Below, piece by piece: positions 17,399-28,124 of a stretch of DNA of 64,000 bases (position 1 is its first letter; every line of letters starts with the position of its first letter). Source of the stretch: a virus. A model generated the notes under the pieces. That model was not told where the DNA came from. It made no database searches and was given only the letters and a program-made list of their open reading frames with translations. A program made the position numbers and the translations under genes. Location: the IMG/VR virus record IMGVR_UViG_3300022934_000003; one strand, 5' to 3'.

Positions 17399-17887
17399 AT
17401 GATTACAAATTATTTATCGCCGGTATCATTTCTTGTAACTATAGATAGAATACCCAATGTAGAGTTCTTTACTCAAAAGGCTACTATCCCTAGTTTAACT
17501 ATGACGCCTATATTACAAACTGCTCCTATTCACAATATATATAAAGAACCAGATCGCTTAGACTACACAGAACTGGATCTATCTTTTATTGTTGATGAAA
17601 ATATGACCAACTATAAAGAAATATTAAACTGGATGGAAGGTCTTGGTACTCCAGTTAAATCTGATCAATACGCAAATTTAGCCAAAACAAAAGAAGGTAT
17701 TGTATCAGATATATCTATACTTATTCAAAATAGCGCTCGCAATCCAAATATTAAATTTACTTTTACAGATTGCTTTCCAACTTCATTAGCACCCGTCATG
17801 CTAGATGTAACTTCTCCAGATGTTTTTTATCCAGAATGTAACGTTACATTTAGATATAATAACTTCTTTATGGAAACTATTAGTTGA
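17399..17887 (+). CDS. Tail completion/tube terminator (gp3-like)
   Basis: NYLSPVSF...FFTQKATIP...F.VDENM.NY.EI.NW...F.DCFPTSL. Confidence 0.85.
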   Translation: MITNYLSPVSFLVTIDRIPNVEFFTQKATIPSLTMTPILQTAPIHNIYKEPDRLDYTELDLSFIVDENMTNYKEILNWMEGLGTPVKSDQYANLAKTKEGIVSDISILIQNSARNPNIKFTFTDCFPTSLAPVMLDVTSPDVFYPECNVTFRYNNFFMETIS

Positions 17888-17912
17888 CATTTCTAATAAA
17901 CTATGTTATAAT
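17884..17912 (+). promoter_or_regulatory. Sigma70 promoter for uvsY/uvsW
   Basis: TTGACA-N17-TATAAT. Confidence 0.8.
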
Positions 17913-17950
17913 ATTATATATTGTGAAAAACTGAATGTCAAGGATTTGTA

Positions 17951-18388
17951 ATGAGTACTGAAGATATTAATAATATTTGGGCTGAAGATTCTCGTATAGA
18001 TGAATCAAATTTAGCCGGCGAGCTTAAAAAAATTCCAGCTTTGCATAACAAATATTATACATTATATTATAAAGAAGCATTAACTGTCAAAAAATTAAGA
18101 GCAGATTATAAAGTATTAGAGCTAGAAAAGCGAGAATACTATGATGGATCTATGGCAGAAGAAGATCTTAAAGAACGTGGGTGGGTCCCATTTCAGAAAA
18201 AAGTACTTCGTAATGATGTAGACAAGTACATCCAAGCAGATAAAGATATTATAAGATTGAGTCTCAAAATCGATCTCCATTCAGCAAGAGCAAACTTTTT
18301 AGAAGATATTGTAAAGACTTTGCATTCAAGAAATTTTATTATTAAATCAATGATAGATATTATTAAATTCCAACACGGCGAATATTAA
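17951..18388 (+). CDS. uvsY: Recombination mediator UvsY
   Basis: W.EDS.ID...IP.LH.KY...YYDG...R.F.IK..ID; adjacent to uvsW. Confidence 0.9.
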   Translation: MSTEDINNIWAEDSRIDESNLAGELKKIPALHNKYYTLYYKEALTVKKLRADYKVLELEKREYYDGSMAEEDLKERGWVPFQKKVLRNDVDKYIQADKDIIRLSLKIDLHSARANFLEDIVKTLHSRNFIIKSMIDIIKFQHGEY

Positions 18389-19881
18389 TGAGTGAAGTAA
18401 TAAAAATTGAGCCGCATGATGCTGTACACATGGTTGTACATGCAGATTCTGGTACTAAAATGGAATTAGAAAATTATTTCCGTTTTCAACCAAGTGGTTA
18501 TCAATTTTCTCCAGCATATAAAAATAGAGTATGGGATGGATGGATTAGAATTTTCCAGGCATTACGTCCAAAATTATATGTTGGTCTATTACCTCATTTA
18601 CAAAAATTTTGCGAGGAAAGAGGATATGATTTAGATGCTCCAGATCATATGATTTTTGGAGAAGATGTTCCTGATGATTATGCATATAAATTAGCAAAAG
18701 AAATTGATTGTAAATTTGAACCTCGTGATTATCAAAATCAATATGTAATTGATGCATTAAGAGATCAAAGATCTTTATCATTATCTCCCACATCATCTGG
18801 TAAATCATTAATTATCTATTTAATTCAACAACATTATTTTAAAACATATAATCATCGTACACTTATTATTGTACCGACAATTGGATTGGTCCATCAAATG
18901 GCAGGTGACTTTGTCGACTATGGATGTGATCCGGATTTAATTTATAAGATACAAGGTGGAGTCGACAAGAATACAGATGCTCCAATTGTTATTTCTACAT
19001 GGCAATCATTAGTTAAATTACCAAAATCATGGTTTGCTCCATTTAGAGTTGTACTTGGAGATGAAGCACATCAATTCCAAGCTAAATCTTTACAAAAAAT
19101 TATGGAGTCTTTACCTAATTGTTATTATCGACATGGCTTTACTGGCACATTAAAATCAGAAGAAAGTAAAACACATCGTCTTGTATTGGAAGGATGTTTT
19201 GGTAAAGTAAGAAAGCACGTGTCGACTAAAGAACTTATGGATAAAGGTACTGTTGCAGACTTTAATGTAAAAGCAATTGTACTTTCTCATTCACCTGATG
19301 TAAGAAAAAGTTTTTATTCTGCATATAAACAAATTAAAGAATCGAGTAAACGTTATCCTGCGGAAAGAGAATTTATTGTTAATAATACAAAAAGAAATAT
19401 TTTTATAAGAAATCTTTTATGGTCCCTTGAAGGACAAAATAATCTTGTATTATTTGATCTTGTAGAAAAACATGGTAAAATATTAGAACCTCTTTTACAA
19501 AAAGAAGATCGTCAATTGCATTTTATATATGGCGGAACAAAAGGAGAGGAAAGAGAAAGAATTAGACACTTAGTAGAAAATGATCCAATTAAACAGCATG
19601 ATATTCTTGCTTCTTATGGAGTTTTTTCAACTGGTGTTAATCTAAAGAAATTGGATAATGTAATATTCGCTTCTGGTTCTAAATCAGAAATTAAAGTATT
19701 ACAATCTATTGGTAGAGCATTAAGAAAAGGGAATGACGCTGATAAAGCGACATTGTATGATATTGCAGATGATTTATCTCTAAAATCTTTTGAAAATTAT
19801 ACGTTACAACATTTTAGAAAAAGAATGGAAATCTATGGATCAGAACAATTTCCTGTTAAGATTTTTACAGTTGATGTTTAA
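18388..19881 (+). CDS. uvsW: SF2 helicase UvsW
   Basis: WDGWIR, SPTSSGKS, DEAH, FTGT, QSIGRALR. Confidence 0.95.
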   Translation: MSEVIKIEPHDAVHMVVHADSGTKMELENYFRFQPSGYQFSPAYKNRVWDGWIRIFQALRPKLYVGLLPHLQKFCEERGYDLDAPDHMIFGEDVPDDYAYKLAKEIDCKFEPRDYQNQYVIDALRDQRSLSLSPTSSGKSLIIYLIQQHYFKTYNHRTLIIVPTIGLVHQMAGDFVDYGCDPDLIYKIQGGVDKNTDAPIVISTWQSLVKLPKSWFAPFRVVLGDEAHQFQAKSLQKIMESLPNCYYRHGFTGTLKSEESKTHRLVLEGCFGKVRKHVSTKELMDKGTVADFNVKAIVLSHSPDVRKSFYSAYKQIKESSKRYPAEREFIVNNTKRNIFIRNLLWSLEGQNNLVLFDLVEKHGKILEPLLQKEDRQLHFIYGGTKGEERERIRHLVENDPIKQHDILASYGVFSTGVNLKKLDNVIFASGSKSEIKVLQSIGRALRKGNDADKATLYDIADDLSLKSFENYTLQHFRKRMEIYGSEQFPVKIFTVDV

Positions 19882-19913
19882 GAGCCTTTTATTGGTTTCT
19901 AAGGCATAAGCCT

Positions 19914-19942
19914 ATTATACATGGCTTTTAAAAGTTTGTCAA
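19914..19942 (-). promoter_or_regulatory. Perfect sigma70 promoter firing antisense into the uvsW 3' end
   Basis: TTGACA(19942-19937)-N17-TATAAT(19919-19914); no credible - strand gene downstream. Confidence 0.7.
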
Positions 19943-19990
19943 CCCTTTTTTTAACTTTTTTTTAAAAATAATTTAATTTAATAAAAACAG

Positions 19991-20019
19991 TTGACATTTC
20001 ATTAAAAATATGTTAGAAT
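19991..20019 (+). promoter_or_regulatory. Sigma70 promoter for the gp55 operon
   Basis: TTGACA-N17-TAGAAT. Confidence 0.75.
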
Positions 20020-20052
20020 TATTTAAAATTATTACAACACGAGTGAGGAACT

Positions 20053-20574
20053 ATGGCTAAGCGTAACTACGTTAATAATAAAGACCTACTCGCAGCAATG
20101 GTAGATTATAAAGCAAGTTGCCAAGAAGCAGAAGAAGCTGGTGACAAAAAACCACGCGTTCCTGATTATATTGGTGAATGCATTTTACAAATTGCTACGA
20201 GATTGGCTACTAAACCAAATTTTTCTGGATATTCATATAAAGAAGATATGATTTCAGACGGTATTGAAAACTGTTTACTTTACATAAGCAACTTTAATCC
20301 AGATAAATCTAATAATCCATTTGCATACTTTACACAAATTATTTGGTATGCATTCTTAAGACGTATTGCAAAAGAAAAGAAACAAATGTATATTCGTTTC
20401 AAATCTTCTCAAGCATTTCTTGCAGCAGGTCAAACATATGAAGGTGATGAAGATTTAAGTTTACATTTAAATACTGCAGCAGATTATATGAATACATTTA
20501 TTGAAGATTTTGAAGATAAACTTAATCGTGATAAACAAAAGAAAAAAGAAAAAGAAGAAGAAAAGAAAAAATGA
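20053..20574 (+). CDS. Late sigma factor gp55
   Basis: YVNNKDL, PNFSGYSYKEDMISDGIENC, NPFAYFTQI..AFLRRI.KEK. Confidence 0.95.
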   Translation: MAKRNYVNNKDLLAAMVDYKASCQEAEEAGDKKPRVPDYIGECILQIATRLATKPNFSGYSYKEDMISDGIENCLLYISNFNPDKSNNPFAYFTQIIWYAFLRRIAKEKKQMYIRFKSSQAFLAAGQTYEGDEDLSLHLNTAADYMNTFIEDFEDKLNRDKQKKKEKEEEKKK

Positions 20575-20930
20575 GATTTACAAAAGAACACGAATGGATT
20601 AAAAAAGAAGGTGACTTATATTTAGTTGGAGTTACTCAACATGCTATTGAATTATTAGGTGATTTGGTTTATATTGAATTACCAGCACCAGGTGAAGTGT
20701 TTGATAAAGATACAGAATGTGCTGTAGTAGAATCTGTTAAAGCAGCTTCAGATGTTTATTGTCCAGTATCAGGCCTGGTGACTGAAATTAATGCATCATT
20801 AGAAGATACGCCTGAAGCAGTAAGTGATGATTGGACTACATGGATATTTAAATTAGAAAATGTAAACGAAGCAGATTTAGAAGATTTTATGGATGAGGAA
20901 GCTTATAATAAGTATATCGAGGGATTATAA
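20571..20930 (+). CDS. gcvH: Glycine cleavage system H protein (lipoyl carrier)
   Basis: FTKEHEW, VGVT.HA..LLGDLVYIELP, VESVKAASDVYCPVSG with lipoyl-Lys. Confidence 0.9.
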   Translation: MRFTKEHEWIKKEGDLYLVGVTQHAIELLGDLVYIELPAPGEVFDKDTECAVVESVKAASDVYCPVSGLVTEINASLEDTPEAVSDDWTTWIFKLENVNEADLEDFMDEEAYNKYIEGL

Positions 20931-21991
20931 TGAAAATAGCAATGGTTACAGACATGCACATTGGAGTGCGTGGTGATTCTAAAATATTTCAACAACATCA
21001 AGAAAGATTTTTTCGTGAAATCTTTTTTCCATATTTAGATGAGCATGATATTAAAATCGTATTTGATCTTGGTGATACATTTGATAGACGTAAATATATT
21101 AACTTTGTAAGTTTACAAAAAGGTAAAGAGTTTTTCTTTGACGAACTTGCTAAACGTAATATTGAATTTCATGCTTTAGTTGGTAATCATACAACATATT
21201 ATACAAATACAAATGAAGTTAACTCAATGAATCTATTGCTTCGTGAGTATGATAACTTTCATATCTATGAAGATAAATGTGAACATTTGACAATTGGCTC
21301 AACTAAGTTTATAATGGTACCTTGGATTAATAATTCAAATTACAAAGAAATGATGGATCAAATTCGTAATTCAGATGCTAATGTATGTATTGGCCACTTC
21401 TCAATTCAAGGATTTGAAATGGATAAAGGACATGTATGCGATCATGGTTTAACTAAAGAAGTATTTACAAACTTTGAAGCAGTATACTCTGGTCACTTCC
21501 ATCATCCATCTACATATAATAATATTTCTTACCTTGGTTCTCCATATGAAATGACATGGGCTGATTATCAAGGTAAACGTGGTTTTAGAGTATTTGATAC
21601 TGAAACAAGAGAATTAGATTGGATTTTAAATCCAAATCCTATTTTTCATAAGATTGAATATGATGATGCTGATATGACTATTGATGATGTTGCTAATCTA
21701 AATACAGATAATATCGAAAATACTTATATTAAAGTTATTGTAAAAAATAGAACTAATCCATATATCTATGATCTTTTTATTAATAGGTTAGTAGATTCTG
21801 GAGCAGCTGATGTAAAAGCAGTTGAAGACTCTTTAAATTTAGAAGCTGAAGGTATTGATGAAATACTAGATGAAACTAAAGACACAAAAGAAATATTACA
21901 TAACTATATTGATGCAATGGAAACGCGTGTTGATAAAGTTCATGTAAAAAGAATTATTGATGAATTATATACTGAGGCACAATCTATATAA
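20930..21991 (+). CDS. Mre11-like nuclease gp47
   Basis: TDMHIG, LGDTFD, LVGNH, SGHFH. Confidence 0.95.
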   Translation: MKIAMVTDMHIGVRGDSKIFQQHQERFFREIFFPYLDEHDIKIVFDLGDTFDRRKYINFVSLQKGKEFFFDELAKRNIEFHALVGNHTTYYTNTNEVNSMNLLLREYDNFHIYEDKCEHLTIGSTKFIMVPWINNSNYKEMMDQIRNSDANVCIGHFSIQGFEMDKGHVCDHGLTKEVFTNFEAVYSGHFHHPSTYNNISYLGSPYEMTWADYQGKRGFRVFDTETRELDWILNPNPIFHKIEYDDADMTIDDVANLNTDNIENTYIKVIVKNRTNPYIYDLFINRLVDSGAADVKAVEDSLNLEAEGIDEILDETKDTKEILHNYIDAMETRVDKVHVKRIIDELYTEAQSI

Positions 21992-23704
21992 ATGAAAATA
22001 CAATTTAAAAAGATCCGCTATAAGAATATTCTTTCAGCGGGTAATGCATTCACTGAAATTCTTTTCGATAAAAGCAAAACAACTCTGGTAAGTGGCACTA
22101 ATGGTAGTGGTAAGTCGACTATGCTTGATGCTCTTACATTTGCTTTATATGGAAAAGCTTTTCGTAAAGTAAAGAAGGACCAATTAGTTAACTCAATTAA
22201 TAATAAAGAATTAGAAGTTGAAGTTGAATTTGCTATTGGATCATCTTATTATAAAATACAACGAGGTATTAAACCAAACTATTTTAAGATTTATTTGAAT
22301 GGTAATTTAATAGATCAAGATGCTGCTGTTAAAGATTATCAATCTTATTTAGAACAAAATATATTACGTCTAAACTATAAATCTTTTACTCAGATAGTTG
22401 TATTAGGTAGCGCAACTTATGTTCCATTTATGGATTTAGCAGCAGGCCAACGAAGAGATATTATTGAAGACTTACTTGACATTGAAGTATTTAGTGTTAT
22501 GAATACGTTATTAAAAGATAAAATAAGTTCAAATAAAGAAAGCATTACAGAAAACAGTTATCAAAAAGATATGATCGAAACAAGAATTGATTCAGCAAAA
22601 GAACATAATGAATCAATACGAAAGATTAAAGAAAAAGAAGTCGACAAGATTAAAGAAAAGATGAAAGTACATCTCGAAAATATTGAAAATGAAAAAGCTT
22701 CTATTGATGTACTTGATAAAGAAATTGCAGAACTTAATGAATCTATTAAGGATAAACCAAATGTTAAATCTAAATTAGATAAAGCAAAACAACTTAAACG
22801 CGATTTAACATCATCATTACAAACTCTTATAAATGAGCATGCTTTTTATCATAATAATGATAACTGCCCAACTTGTGAGCAAGCTATTGCTCATGATTTT
22901 AAGCAAGAAGCAATGACTAAAAAATCAAATAAGATGGATGAAATTAAAAGTGGTACTGTAGATCTTGATGCTAAAATACAAGAATATGAAACTCGTATGA
23001 ATGAAATTTCAGATGTCGAAGATAAGATTTCTGATAAAGCACTTACAAGTGCAGATCATAGAGCTCATATTAAAATGGCAAAGAATGCTCTTGTGTCTTA
23101 TAAAAATGAATTAACAAGTGCTGAGGAAGAAGTCGAAGCAGTTGACACATCTAAATTAGAGGAATATAATAGACAATTAGAAAAGATTGAAAATCAGCAA
23201 ACAGTTTTATTTGAAGAAAAAGAAGTGATTGGAGTTATTAGAGCAATGCTGCAAGATGGAGGTATTAAAGCTAAGATTATTAAACAGTATGTACCTGTTA
23301 TGAATAAACTTATCAACAAATATCTAACAGCGTTTGATCTCTTTGTCGACTTCCAACTAGATGAAAACTTTAATGAGATTATTAAATCTCGTTTCCGTGA
23401 TAAATTCTCTTATGCTTCATTCTCAGAAGGTGAAAAGCTACGTATTACATTATCAATTATGTTAGCGTGGCGAGCTGTAGCAAAATTAAGAAATTCAGTA
23501 GCAACTAATCTATTATTGCTAGATGAAACATTAGATGGTGCTCTTGATGGAACTGGTATCGAGATGTTAATTGATACTTTACATAACTTAAATGCTGATG
23601 ATAATATCTTTGTTATCTCTCATCGTGGACATCAGTTTGGTGACAAATTTATGTCTCATATTAAATTTGAGAAAGTAAAAAACTTCAGCCAAATTGCAGC
23701 TTAG
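21992..23704 (+). CDS. Rad50-like ATPase gp46
   Basis: GTNGSGKS, CPTC hook, FSEGEK, LLDE, SH. Confidence 0.95.
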   Translation: MKIQFKKIRYKNILSAGNAFTEILFDKSKTTLVSGTNGSGKSTMLDALTFALYGKAFRKVKKDQLVNSINNKELEVEVEFAIGSSYYKIQRGIKPNYFKIYLNGNLIDQDAAVKDYQSYLEQNILRLNYKSFTQIVVLGSATYVPFMDLAAGQRRDIIEDLLDIEVFSVMNTLLKDKISSNKESITENSYQKDMIETRIDSAKEHNESIRKIKEKEVDKIKEKMKVHLENIENEKASIDVLDKEIAELNESIKDKPNVKSKLDKAKQLKRDLTSSLQTLINEHAFYHNNDNCPTCEQAIAHDFKQEAMTKKSNKMDEIKSGTVDLDAKIQEYETRMNEISDVEDKISDKALTSADHRAHIKMAKNALVSYKNELTSAEEEVEAVDTSKLEEYNRQLEKIENQQTVLFEEKEVIGVIRAMLQDGGIKAKIIKQYVPVMNKLINKYLTAFDLFVDFQLDENFNEIIKSRFRDKFSYASFSEGEKLRITLSIMLAWRAVAKLRNSVATNLLLLDETLDGALDGTGIEMLIDTLHNLNADDNIFVISHRGHQFGDKFMSHIKFEKVKNFSQIAA

Positions 23705-23712
23705 GAGAAAAT

Positions 23713-23928
23713 ATGCAACACAAAATTAGTGACTTCTGTAAAAAAATTAATCTAATGCACGAGAAAGCATCATACCTTCGTTATGAAAAATACAGTGTGC
23801 CAAAGGAAAGACGTGATGAAGGAATGATTAGAGCTCTTATTGATGACATTCAAGCTCTTGCTATTGAAGTTGCGCATGACCGCGGAATCCACCCAAAAAT
23901 GTCAGAAAAGGATGTAAATAATAGTTGA
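23713..23928 (+). CDS. Hypothetical protein
   Basis: SD GGAG; ORF track. Confidence 0.55.
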   Translation: MQHKISDFCKKINLMHEKASYLRYEKYSVPKERRDEGMIRALIDDIQALAIEVAHDRGIHPKMSEKDVNNS

Positions 23929-23953
23929 CATTAATGCGCTTTTTTGATATAAT
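23925..23953 (+). promoter_or_regulatory. Sigma70 promoter for DNA polymerase
   Basis: TTGACA-N17-TATAAT. Confidence 0.8.
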
Positions 23954-23988
23954 GTTAACTATAATGTACAAAACACATAAGGAAATTC

Positions 23989-26568
23989 ATGCCTGATTTT
24001 TACACCAACGTAGATCGAATTGGTAACTTTATTCTATGGCGAGGATATCAAGCCGGACGAAAGTTCGAACGTAAAATTAAATACGAACCTACTATCTTTG
24101 TAGGTACTAATAATAAAGAATCGATGTGGAAATCTCTTATTGATGATAGTCCACTTCAGGCTACTAAAAAAGGTACGATGAAAGATACTCGTATCTATAT
24201 CGAAGATCATAAAGATGTTCATGGATTTAAAATTGCTGGTAATAGTAATTATGTTGCGCAATTTATTCAAGAGCATTATCCTGATAATATTGAATTTGAT
24301 CCATCATTAATTAATATCGTTTCGTTTGATATAGAGGTTGATATATCTGATGGTTATGCTAATATTAACCAAGCAGATAAAGAAATTACATCTATTGCTT
24401 ACAAGTCGACTAAACACCTAAGGTATCATTTGCTTGGTCGTAAAGACTATGATAAGACTCAAACTATTACTGATATTAATCCAGATAATATCGAATTTAA
24501 AAAGTTTGATACTGAACATCAATTACTTCAAGAGTTTAAACGTATTTGGATGGAAGACTATCCTGATATTGTAACTGGTTGGAACGTTGAATATTTTGAT
24601 ATTCAATATATTATAACTCGTATGATTCGTTTATTTGGCGAAGACTGGGTTAAAGATCTATCTCCTTGGCGTAATATTCGTCAGCAATCTCGTGAAGTAT
24701 TTGGTAAAAAACAATCAACTTGGTCTATATCTGGTATATCGATTATTGATTATATGGATGCTTTTAAGAAGTTTGGTTACAAATATGGTCCACAAGAATC
24801 TTATAAACTAGATCATATTGCTTACGTCGTGCTTGGTGAAAAGAAATTAGATTACTCTGAATATGGTTCTTTGACTGCTTTGTACGAACAAAATCCACAA
24901 CTTTATTTGGATTATAACCTTAAAGATACATGGCTTGTTGAAAAGCTTGAAGAGGAATCAGGTCTACTATCTCTTGTAATGACTGTTGCTTATGGTGGAG
25001 GTGTAAACTATTCTGATGCATTTGGTACCGTGAGTATTTGGGAAACAACTCTTTATCGTCGACTGATGAAAAAAGGTATTGTGCCTCCATTAAAAGGTGG
25101 TCCTGGTGAACGCGTTGCTGAACTCGTTGGTGGTTATGTTAAAGATCCAAAGGTTGGAATGCATCCTTGGGTTGTCTCATTCGATCTAAATTCTCTATAT
25201 CCACACCTGATGTTACAATATAACTTGTCACCAGAAACATATGTAGACAACGCACGAGAATATATTAACCAAGATATGGTGCTCAATGGACAAGAAGTTG
25301 CAGATCCTAATAATCCTGGTAGTACAATGCGTGTACCATATCAAAACAGATCTAGGTATGCAACATGTGCTAATGGTGCATGCTTTAGAAAAGATAAACT
25401 TGGTATCATTCCTGAAATCATTGATGAATATTATGCTACTCGATCTGGAATTAAAAAGCGTATGTTACAAGTTGAACAAGAACTTGAAACTGCGAAGGGT
25501 ACTGATAAATTAGCTCTTAAACGAGAAGCTAACCAATTACATAATCAGCAAATGGCGATTAAGATTGCTATGAACTCTTTGTATGGCGCAACAGCAAATA
25601 TTTACTTCCTATATTATATTAACGATATGGCTGAAGCAATTACAACATCTGGCCAATTGTCAATTCGTTACGCTCAAAAATCTGTAAACGAATATCTAAA
25701 TAAGTTATTGAAAACAGATAGTGTTGATTATATTATCTACATCGATACAGATTCTATCTATGTTAATATGGGACCTGTTATTCAAGCTTCGTTTGGTACA
25801 ATGGATATCGATCGTGCTAAAGGTGAAGAGTTCCTTGATAAAATTTGTGAAATGAAAATTGAACCTATTATTGATGCTGGTTATAAAGAACTTGCTGAAA
25901 AGATGGGAGCATATCGACAAGCAATGAGTATGAAGCGAGAAAAGATTACTGATAAAGCAGTATTCATTGCAAAGAAACGTTATATTTTAAATGCACTTAA
26001 CTCAGAAGGTGTACATTATGAACAACCTAAGATTTCTGTTACAGGTTTGGAATCAGTACGATCTTCTACTCCGGAAGTTTGTCGTGATAAACTGAAAGCA
26101 GCATTTAAAGTAATTATGAATGAAGGTGAAGAAGCAATGCAAGAATTTATTGCTAATTTTAAAGATGAGTTCTTTAAACTACCACCTGAAGCTATTGGCC
26201 GTAACTCCGGTACAGATAATATAGATAAGTATAGGAATAGAGAAACATTGTACAAAAAAGGTTGTCCAATGCACGTAAGAGGTTGTATTCTTTATAATTA
26301 TCATTTGAAAGAAAAGCAGTTAGATAAAAAATTCGAATCTGTTATTTCAGGTGATAAAGTAAAGTTTGTTTATCTTAAAACACCTAATCCTATTCGTGAA
26401 AATATTATATCGTTTCCCGGAGTACTTCCTAAAGAACTTGGATTGCATGACTATATAGATTATGAAAAGCAATTCGAAAAGGTTTTTCTAAGTCCTCTTG
26501 AATCTATCCTCGAAGCGATCGGTTGGTCTGCAGAGAAGGTAAATACTCTTGAAGACTTTTTTGTTTAA
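23989..26568 (+). CDS. Family B DNA polymerase gp43
   Basis: FDIEV exo [29 protein letters not shown]; C-terminal TLEDFFV. Confidence 0.97.
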   Translation: MPDFYTNVDRIGNFILWRGYQAGRKFERKIKYEPTIFVGTNNKESMWKSLIDDSPLQATKKGTMKDTRIYIEDHKDVHGFKIAGNSNYVAQFIQEHYPDNIEFDPSLINIVSFDIEVDISDGYANINQADKEITSIAYKSTKHLRYHLLGRKDYDKTQTITDINPDNIEFKKFDTEHQLLQEFKRIWMEDYPDIVTGWNVEYFDIQYIITRMIRLFGEDWVKDLSPWRNIRQQSREVFGKKQSTWSISGISIIDYMDAFKKFGYKYGPQESYKLDHIAYVVLGEKKLDYSEYGSLTALYEQNPQLYLDYNLKDTWLVEKLEEESGLLSLVMTVAYGGGVNYSDAFGTVSIWETTLYRRLMKKGIVPPLKGGPGERVAELVGGYVKDPKVGMHPWVVSFDLNSLYPHLMLQYNLSPETYVDNAREYINQDMVLNGQEVADPNNPGSTMRVPYQNRSRYATCANGACFRKDKLGIIPEIIDEYYATRSGIKKRMLQVEQELETAKGTDKLALKREANQLHNQQMAIKIAMNSLYGATANIYFLYYINDMAEAITTSGQLSIRYAQKSVNEYLNKLLKTDSVDYIIYIDTDSIYVNMGPVIQASFGTMDIDRAKGEEFLDKICEMKIEPIIDAGYKELAEKMGAYRQAMSMKREKITDKAVFIAKKRYILNALNSEGVHYEQPKISVTGLESVRSSTPEVCRDKLKAAFKVIMNEGEEAMQEFIANFKDEFFKLPPEAIGRNSGTDNIDKYRNRETLYKKGCPMHVRGCILYNYHLKEKQLDKKFESVISGDKVKFVYLKTPNPIRENIISFPGVLPKELGLHDYIDYEKQFEKVFLSPLESILEAIGWSAEKVNTLEDFFV

Positions 26569-26579
26569 GGAGATATACG

Positions 26580-26762
26580 TTGAATGACGAAACAAAACGA
26601 TGGAGATTAGATGTGCTAATATCAAAACATGATCACCAGCATAACATAGTAGAACAACTTATTGCTGAAGGTTGCTCAGATGATATTGTAAGCAAAGCTA
26701 AGAAAGAAAAATTATTATTAAAGGATGAAATAAGAAAATTAGAATTAGAACTAGGAGAATAA
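26580..26762 (+). CDS. DUF465/YdcH-like helical hairpin protein
   Basis: L..KH....VEQL...KKEKL.LKDEI. Confidence 0.65.
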   Translation: MNDETKRWRLDVLISKHDHQHNIVEQLIAEGCSDDIVSKAKKEKLLLKDEIRKLELELGE

Positions 26763-26763
26763 C

Positions 26764-27279
26764 ATGAGTAAAGATTGGGCCCAAGATATTCATGAAATGC
26801 AAAACAAGTTCCAACTACCTAATTGGGTAAAGGATAATCCAGATAAACTTAAAGAGTTTTTAGAGTTTAGGATTCGTTTTGTTCGTGAAGAATTGGAAGA
26901 AACAGAAAAAGCGTTTGCAAATAAAATTGACGCAGAAGAAATTGTAGATGGTTTAATTGATATATGTGTAGTTGCTATCGGCACACTTGATGCATTTAAA
27001 GTAAATTCTCATCAGGCATGGGATCAAGTTATGGAAGCTAATATGTCAAAAGAAGTTGGTGTAAAACCAGAAAGACCAAATCCACTTGGTTTACCAGATT
27101 TAATGAAACCAGAAGGTTGGCAAGCTCCATCTCATGCTGGTAATCACGGTTTATTAGCAAATCTATATCGTCTTGATAAGATTGGACAAGGACTAAAACA
27201 GCAAGTAGAATCAGGAACTTTGTCTGCAGATGATCTAGATTATATTGAAAAAATTGCAAAAAGTTTGAAAAAAGGCTAA
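26764..27279 (+). CDS. All-alpha NTP pyrophosphatase (MazG/PRA-PH-like; candidate dCTPase or dUTPase)
   Basis: EELEE...EEIVDGLID...V.EANMSK...KPEGW..P. Confidence 0.8.
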   Translation: MSKDWAQDIHEMQNKFQLPNWVKDNPDKLKEFLEFRIRFVREELEETEKAFANKIDAEEIVDGLIDICVVAIGTLDAFKVNSHQAWDQVMEANMSKEVGVKPERPNPLGLPDLMKPEGWQAPSHAGNHGLLANLYRLDKIGQGLKQQVESGTLSADDLDYIEKIAKSLKKG

Positions 27280-27286
27280 AAAAGGG

Positions 27287-27324
27287 TTGACATCTTCTTA
27301 GAACTAGTGTATAATATAACTATA
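27287..27324 (+). promoter_or_regulatory. Conserved 38-bp early promoter, copy 3
   Basis: Identical to copy 1. Confidence 0.9.
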
Positions 27325-27348
27325 TTAAATAATAAAGCAAGGAGATTT

Positions 27349-27624
27349 ATGATTACAAAAGAAAACTTTAGAATTGAATCTAACTATCTAACATTTGTAC
27401 CTTCAACTGCGAAGACTCATGCTGACTTTACTCATGTTTGTTCTAGAGATCGTAGATTCCACAAATGGACTTGTGCTAAAGTCCGTAATCTTATCATCAA
27501 AGAATTAAATGATAATAACATTACAGAAGATAAAGTTAATCGTGATCTTATTGAGTCTTTCTTAAATGACGGTGTTGTTAAAGATTACATTACTGCTAAC
27601 GTACCATCTTTTATGAGAAAATAA
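27349..27624 (+). CDS. Hypothetical early protein (start corrected to MITKEN)
   Basis: The track start lies inside the promoter; SD AGGAG precedes ATG at 27349. Confidence 0.65.
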   Translation: MITKENFRIESNYLTFVPSTAKTHADFTHVCSRDRRFHKWTCAKVRNLIIKELNDNNITEDKVNRDLIESFLNDGVVKDYITANVPSFMRK

Positions 27625-27639
27625 TTTAGGAGTTATATT

Positions 27640-27888
27640 ATGTTAAAATATGAAAATGTTGCTGAAGTTGGTGATACTATCAAAGCTTTAGATTTTGAAC
27701 CTTGGGTTGGCCGTGAAGATGTTTATCTAATTGGTAAAGTTACAGATAAAGGTATGAACGAGCTTGGTTATGCCGCTTATACAGTAAAAGTTTTAGAATC
27801 TCCAGGATTCGAATCTCGTGTTGGAACAACTATGTATGTTCCATATCAATCAAACTTTGATTTTGAAGGTCGTGTATGCCGGGTTTAG
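27640..27888 (+). CDS. Hypothetical small beta (SH3-like) protein
   Basis: SD GGAG; within operon. Confidence 0.6.
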   Translation: MLKYENVAEVGDTIKALDFEPWVGREDVYLIGKVTDKGMNELGYAAYTVKVLESPGFESRVGTTMYVPYQSNFDFEGRVCRV

Positions 27889-28124
27889 TTTATTGTGATT
27901 ATATTGCAGATCGTGTTAAGACTGCATTAAATATTGATTCTGAAATAGAAGGATCATTATTACAAGAAGTAGGTAATATCGAATGGGATCTGCATCCAAA
28001 AGACGGATACTTATTATCTACAGATAAATGGCTTTATGCCACAGATATTAACGGTAATAAATATCGAATATCTGTAGAAAAAATAGAAGAAGAATATGAA
28101 CGAATTGCTGATAGAGCTATTTGA
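27876..28124 (+). CDS. Hypothetical protein
   Basis: Overlapping operon ORF. Confidence 0.55.
   Translation: MPGLVYCDYIADRVKTALNIDSEIEGSLLQEVGNIEWDLHPKDGYLLSTDKWLYATDINGNKYRISVEKIEEEYERIADRAI

Noticed and set aside
14117-26568. Introns, inteins or homing endonucleases in topoisomerase, uvsW, gp46 or gp43
   Set aside because: ORF lengths are normal and motifs contiguous; no intein or LAGLIDADG/HNH signatures seen.
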